A program made the translations under genes and the position numbers. Under the pieces are notes generated by a model, which did no database searches, was not told where the DNA came from, and saw only the letters and a list, made by a program, of their open reading frames with translations. Shown here piece after piece: positions 62,901 to 64,000 of a stretch of 64,000 nucleotides of DNA. The stretch comes from Amoebophrya sp. A120 (taxonomy: Eukaryota; Protista; Dinoflagellata): positions 1,191,560-1,255,559 of the forward strand of contig CAJINV010000003.1 of the NCBI GenBank assembly GCA_905178155.1. Direction: 5' to 3'. Within the stretch, counting starts at the first letter, position 1. Each line of letters begins with the position of its first letter.

Positions 62901-64000
62901 CGAGACGTGTGTACGCACGCAGCGACATGGAGCTGCCAAACTGTGCGCAGTTCAGAATGGACAAAGCGCCGCCTCCGTCCATGTGGGAGAACACGGAGAG
63001 GCAGCTGCCCATACGGGCATACCCTCGGAGAGAGAGGGAGCTGGCCATGCTAGCCAAGCCCAATGCGCTCAAACTGCTTCCCATCCTGACGCGGCCAAAC
63101 AGCGACATCGAGGAGCCGAACGACGCGATGGCGCGACAAGAGAAGGTGGAACCCAGTTGGAAGAAGTCCAGGACGCTCATTTCCGCTCCTGCACGCAGGC
63201 GCTGCGCGATCGAGCAGGCACTGCCGGCACGCAGGAAGGTGCGCAGCGAGATGCCGGATCCGAGGCTGATAGAGTCCAAAACGGACATTTCCGTTCCGAA
63301 CCGCGAGAATGCGCGAATAGATAACGCGGAACTCATGCCGACGAAGCTGAGCAGGGACAGCGAGCCGCCCGCACGCACGCTGCTCAGGCAGGAGACGGAG
63401 GACCCAACGCGCAAGAAGTTCCGGATGCTGTAACTGCTGCCGACCTGCGCGGTGTGCAACAAACTGCAACCGGACCCGCACCGCATGGCACCGTACATCG
63501 AGATGCTGGAGCCGATGCGGATGAACTGCCTCAGCGAGACACTGGACGCCATGGTGCAGAAGTCCAGTACACTGCAGCGAGAACCCATGCGAGACAACGC
63601 CCGGATGCTGAGCGACGACCCGACGTCCAGTTCCCCAAACACGCTGGCTTGCGTGCCGAGGCGCGCCGACGCATCGGGGCCCAAGGAGATCGAGCTGCCT
63701 AACCGCGCGAAGCTGCGGATGGACAAGCTGGAGCCCATGAATCCGAAGGACAGCACGGAGATCTCCGCACCTAGCCGCGAGTAGGCACGCAGCGAGCAGG
63801 AGCTCGCGAGCGCGCAGTAGTCCATGACACTGCAGGAAATGCCGACTTTGGCGTCGCCCAGGATGCTGAAAGAGCTGCTGACGCGCAGGTACGACCGCAA
63901 GGATAGCGAGGATCCGACGTTCAGGTAATCCAGCACGGACAGTTGGCTGCCGAACCGGGCGGTGGTGCGCAGCGAGCAGGAGGAACCGAGGTTCAAGTAA
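38961..64000 (-). CDS. Giant Ser-rich 12-aa-repeat protein with C-terminal Peptidase S74 (intramolecular chaperone autoprocessing) domain and coiled coil; 5'-partial, >=7,680 aa in window
   Basis: Exons >64000-43755, 43582-43425, 43266-43146, 42999-42890, 42755-42473, 42307-42092, 41942-41722, 41552-41110, 40979-40889, 40734-40488, 40330-40156, 40032-39883, 39736-39318, 39130-38961. All 13 introns are GT-AG and all phases match. Repeat GSSLSVLDFLNL/GSSLSLRSFARL. S74 motifs TSDVRLKKNI, LNPVSF, FGFIAQELEQLYPSLV, VNYQDII. Confidence 0.9.
39318..39962 (-). other. Peptidase S74/ICA domain plus coiled coil of the giant protein; predicted autocleavage Ser at codon 39962-39960
   Basis: S-D-x-R-x-K (SDVRLK, 39962-39945) matches the Ser/Lys dyad motif of endosialidase/MYRF-type chaperones. 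It is followed by GFIAQE and a heptad-rich helix VQQEMERLDLVESRV...LEEELLRLKK. Confidence 0.88.

Noticed and set aside
43895-63784. Numerous plus-strand and alternative-frame ORFs overlapping the giant gene
   Set aside because: These are antisense shadows of a GC3-rich repetitive CDS. They are fragmented and simply mirror the repeat.
13760-64000. Reassigned stop codons, as reported for one Amoebophrya lineage
   Set aside because: A 20-kb exon contains no in-frame TAA/TAG/TGA, and genes here end in TAA (13760), TAG (26306) and TGA (38961). The shared TGA in the relic pair is better explained by pseudogenisation.
38961-64000. Prophage or endogenous virus as the source of the S74 domain region
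   Set aside because: There are no capsid, terminase, integrase or polymerase genes in the window, and the S74 region is split by spliceosomal introns like the host genes.

Overview
Eukaryotic nuclear DNA, most likely from a syndinian dinoflagellate such as Amoebophrya. This is inferred from inverted-repeat-bounded non-canonical introns, a one-strand gene array, dinoflagellate-style PPR motifs and AAACCCT telomere-like units; it is not confirmed by search. Bases 1-11.5 kb hold two adjacent GC-rich satellite arrays (an 81-bp unit, then 44/65-bp units with kb-scale higher-order duplications), and their many ORFs are artefacts. Bases 12-64 kb form a cluster of minus-strand genes: a hypothetical protein, a dual-specificity phosphatase, a tandem pair of decayed CPW-WPC-like relics, a small helical protein, an FkbM-type methyltransferase split by three TIR/direct-repeat non-canonical introns, a membrane protein, a PPR protein ending in a zinc-deaminase (HAE...PCxxC) domain, an acidic low-complexity protein, a ChaN-like/ArsM-like methyltransferase fusion, and a B-box/coiled-coil/NHR-like protein. 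The last gene is the 3' part of a giant gene: at least 7,680 aa of 12-residue Ser-rich repeats ending in a phage-tail-type Peptidase S74 autocleaving chaperone domain, with one >20-kb exon followed by 13 short GT-AG introns. The top candidates for new biology are the giant S74 fibre, the non-DYW PPR-deaminase and the introner-type introns. All gene models and domain calls were made by eye.
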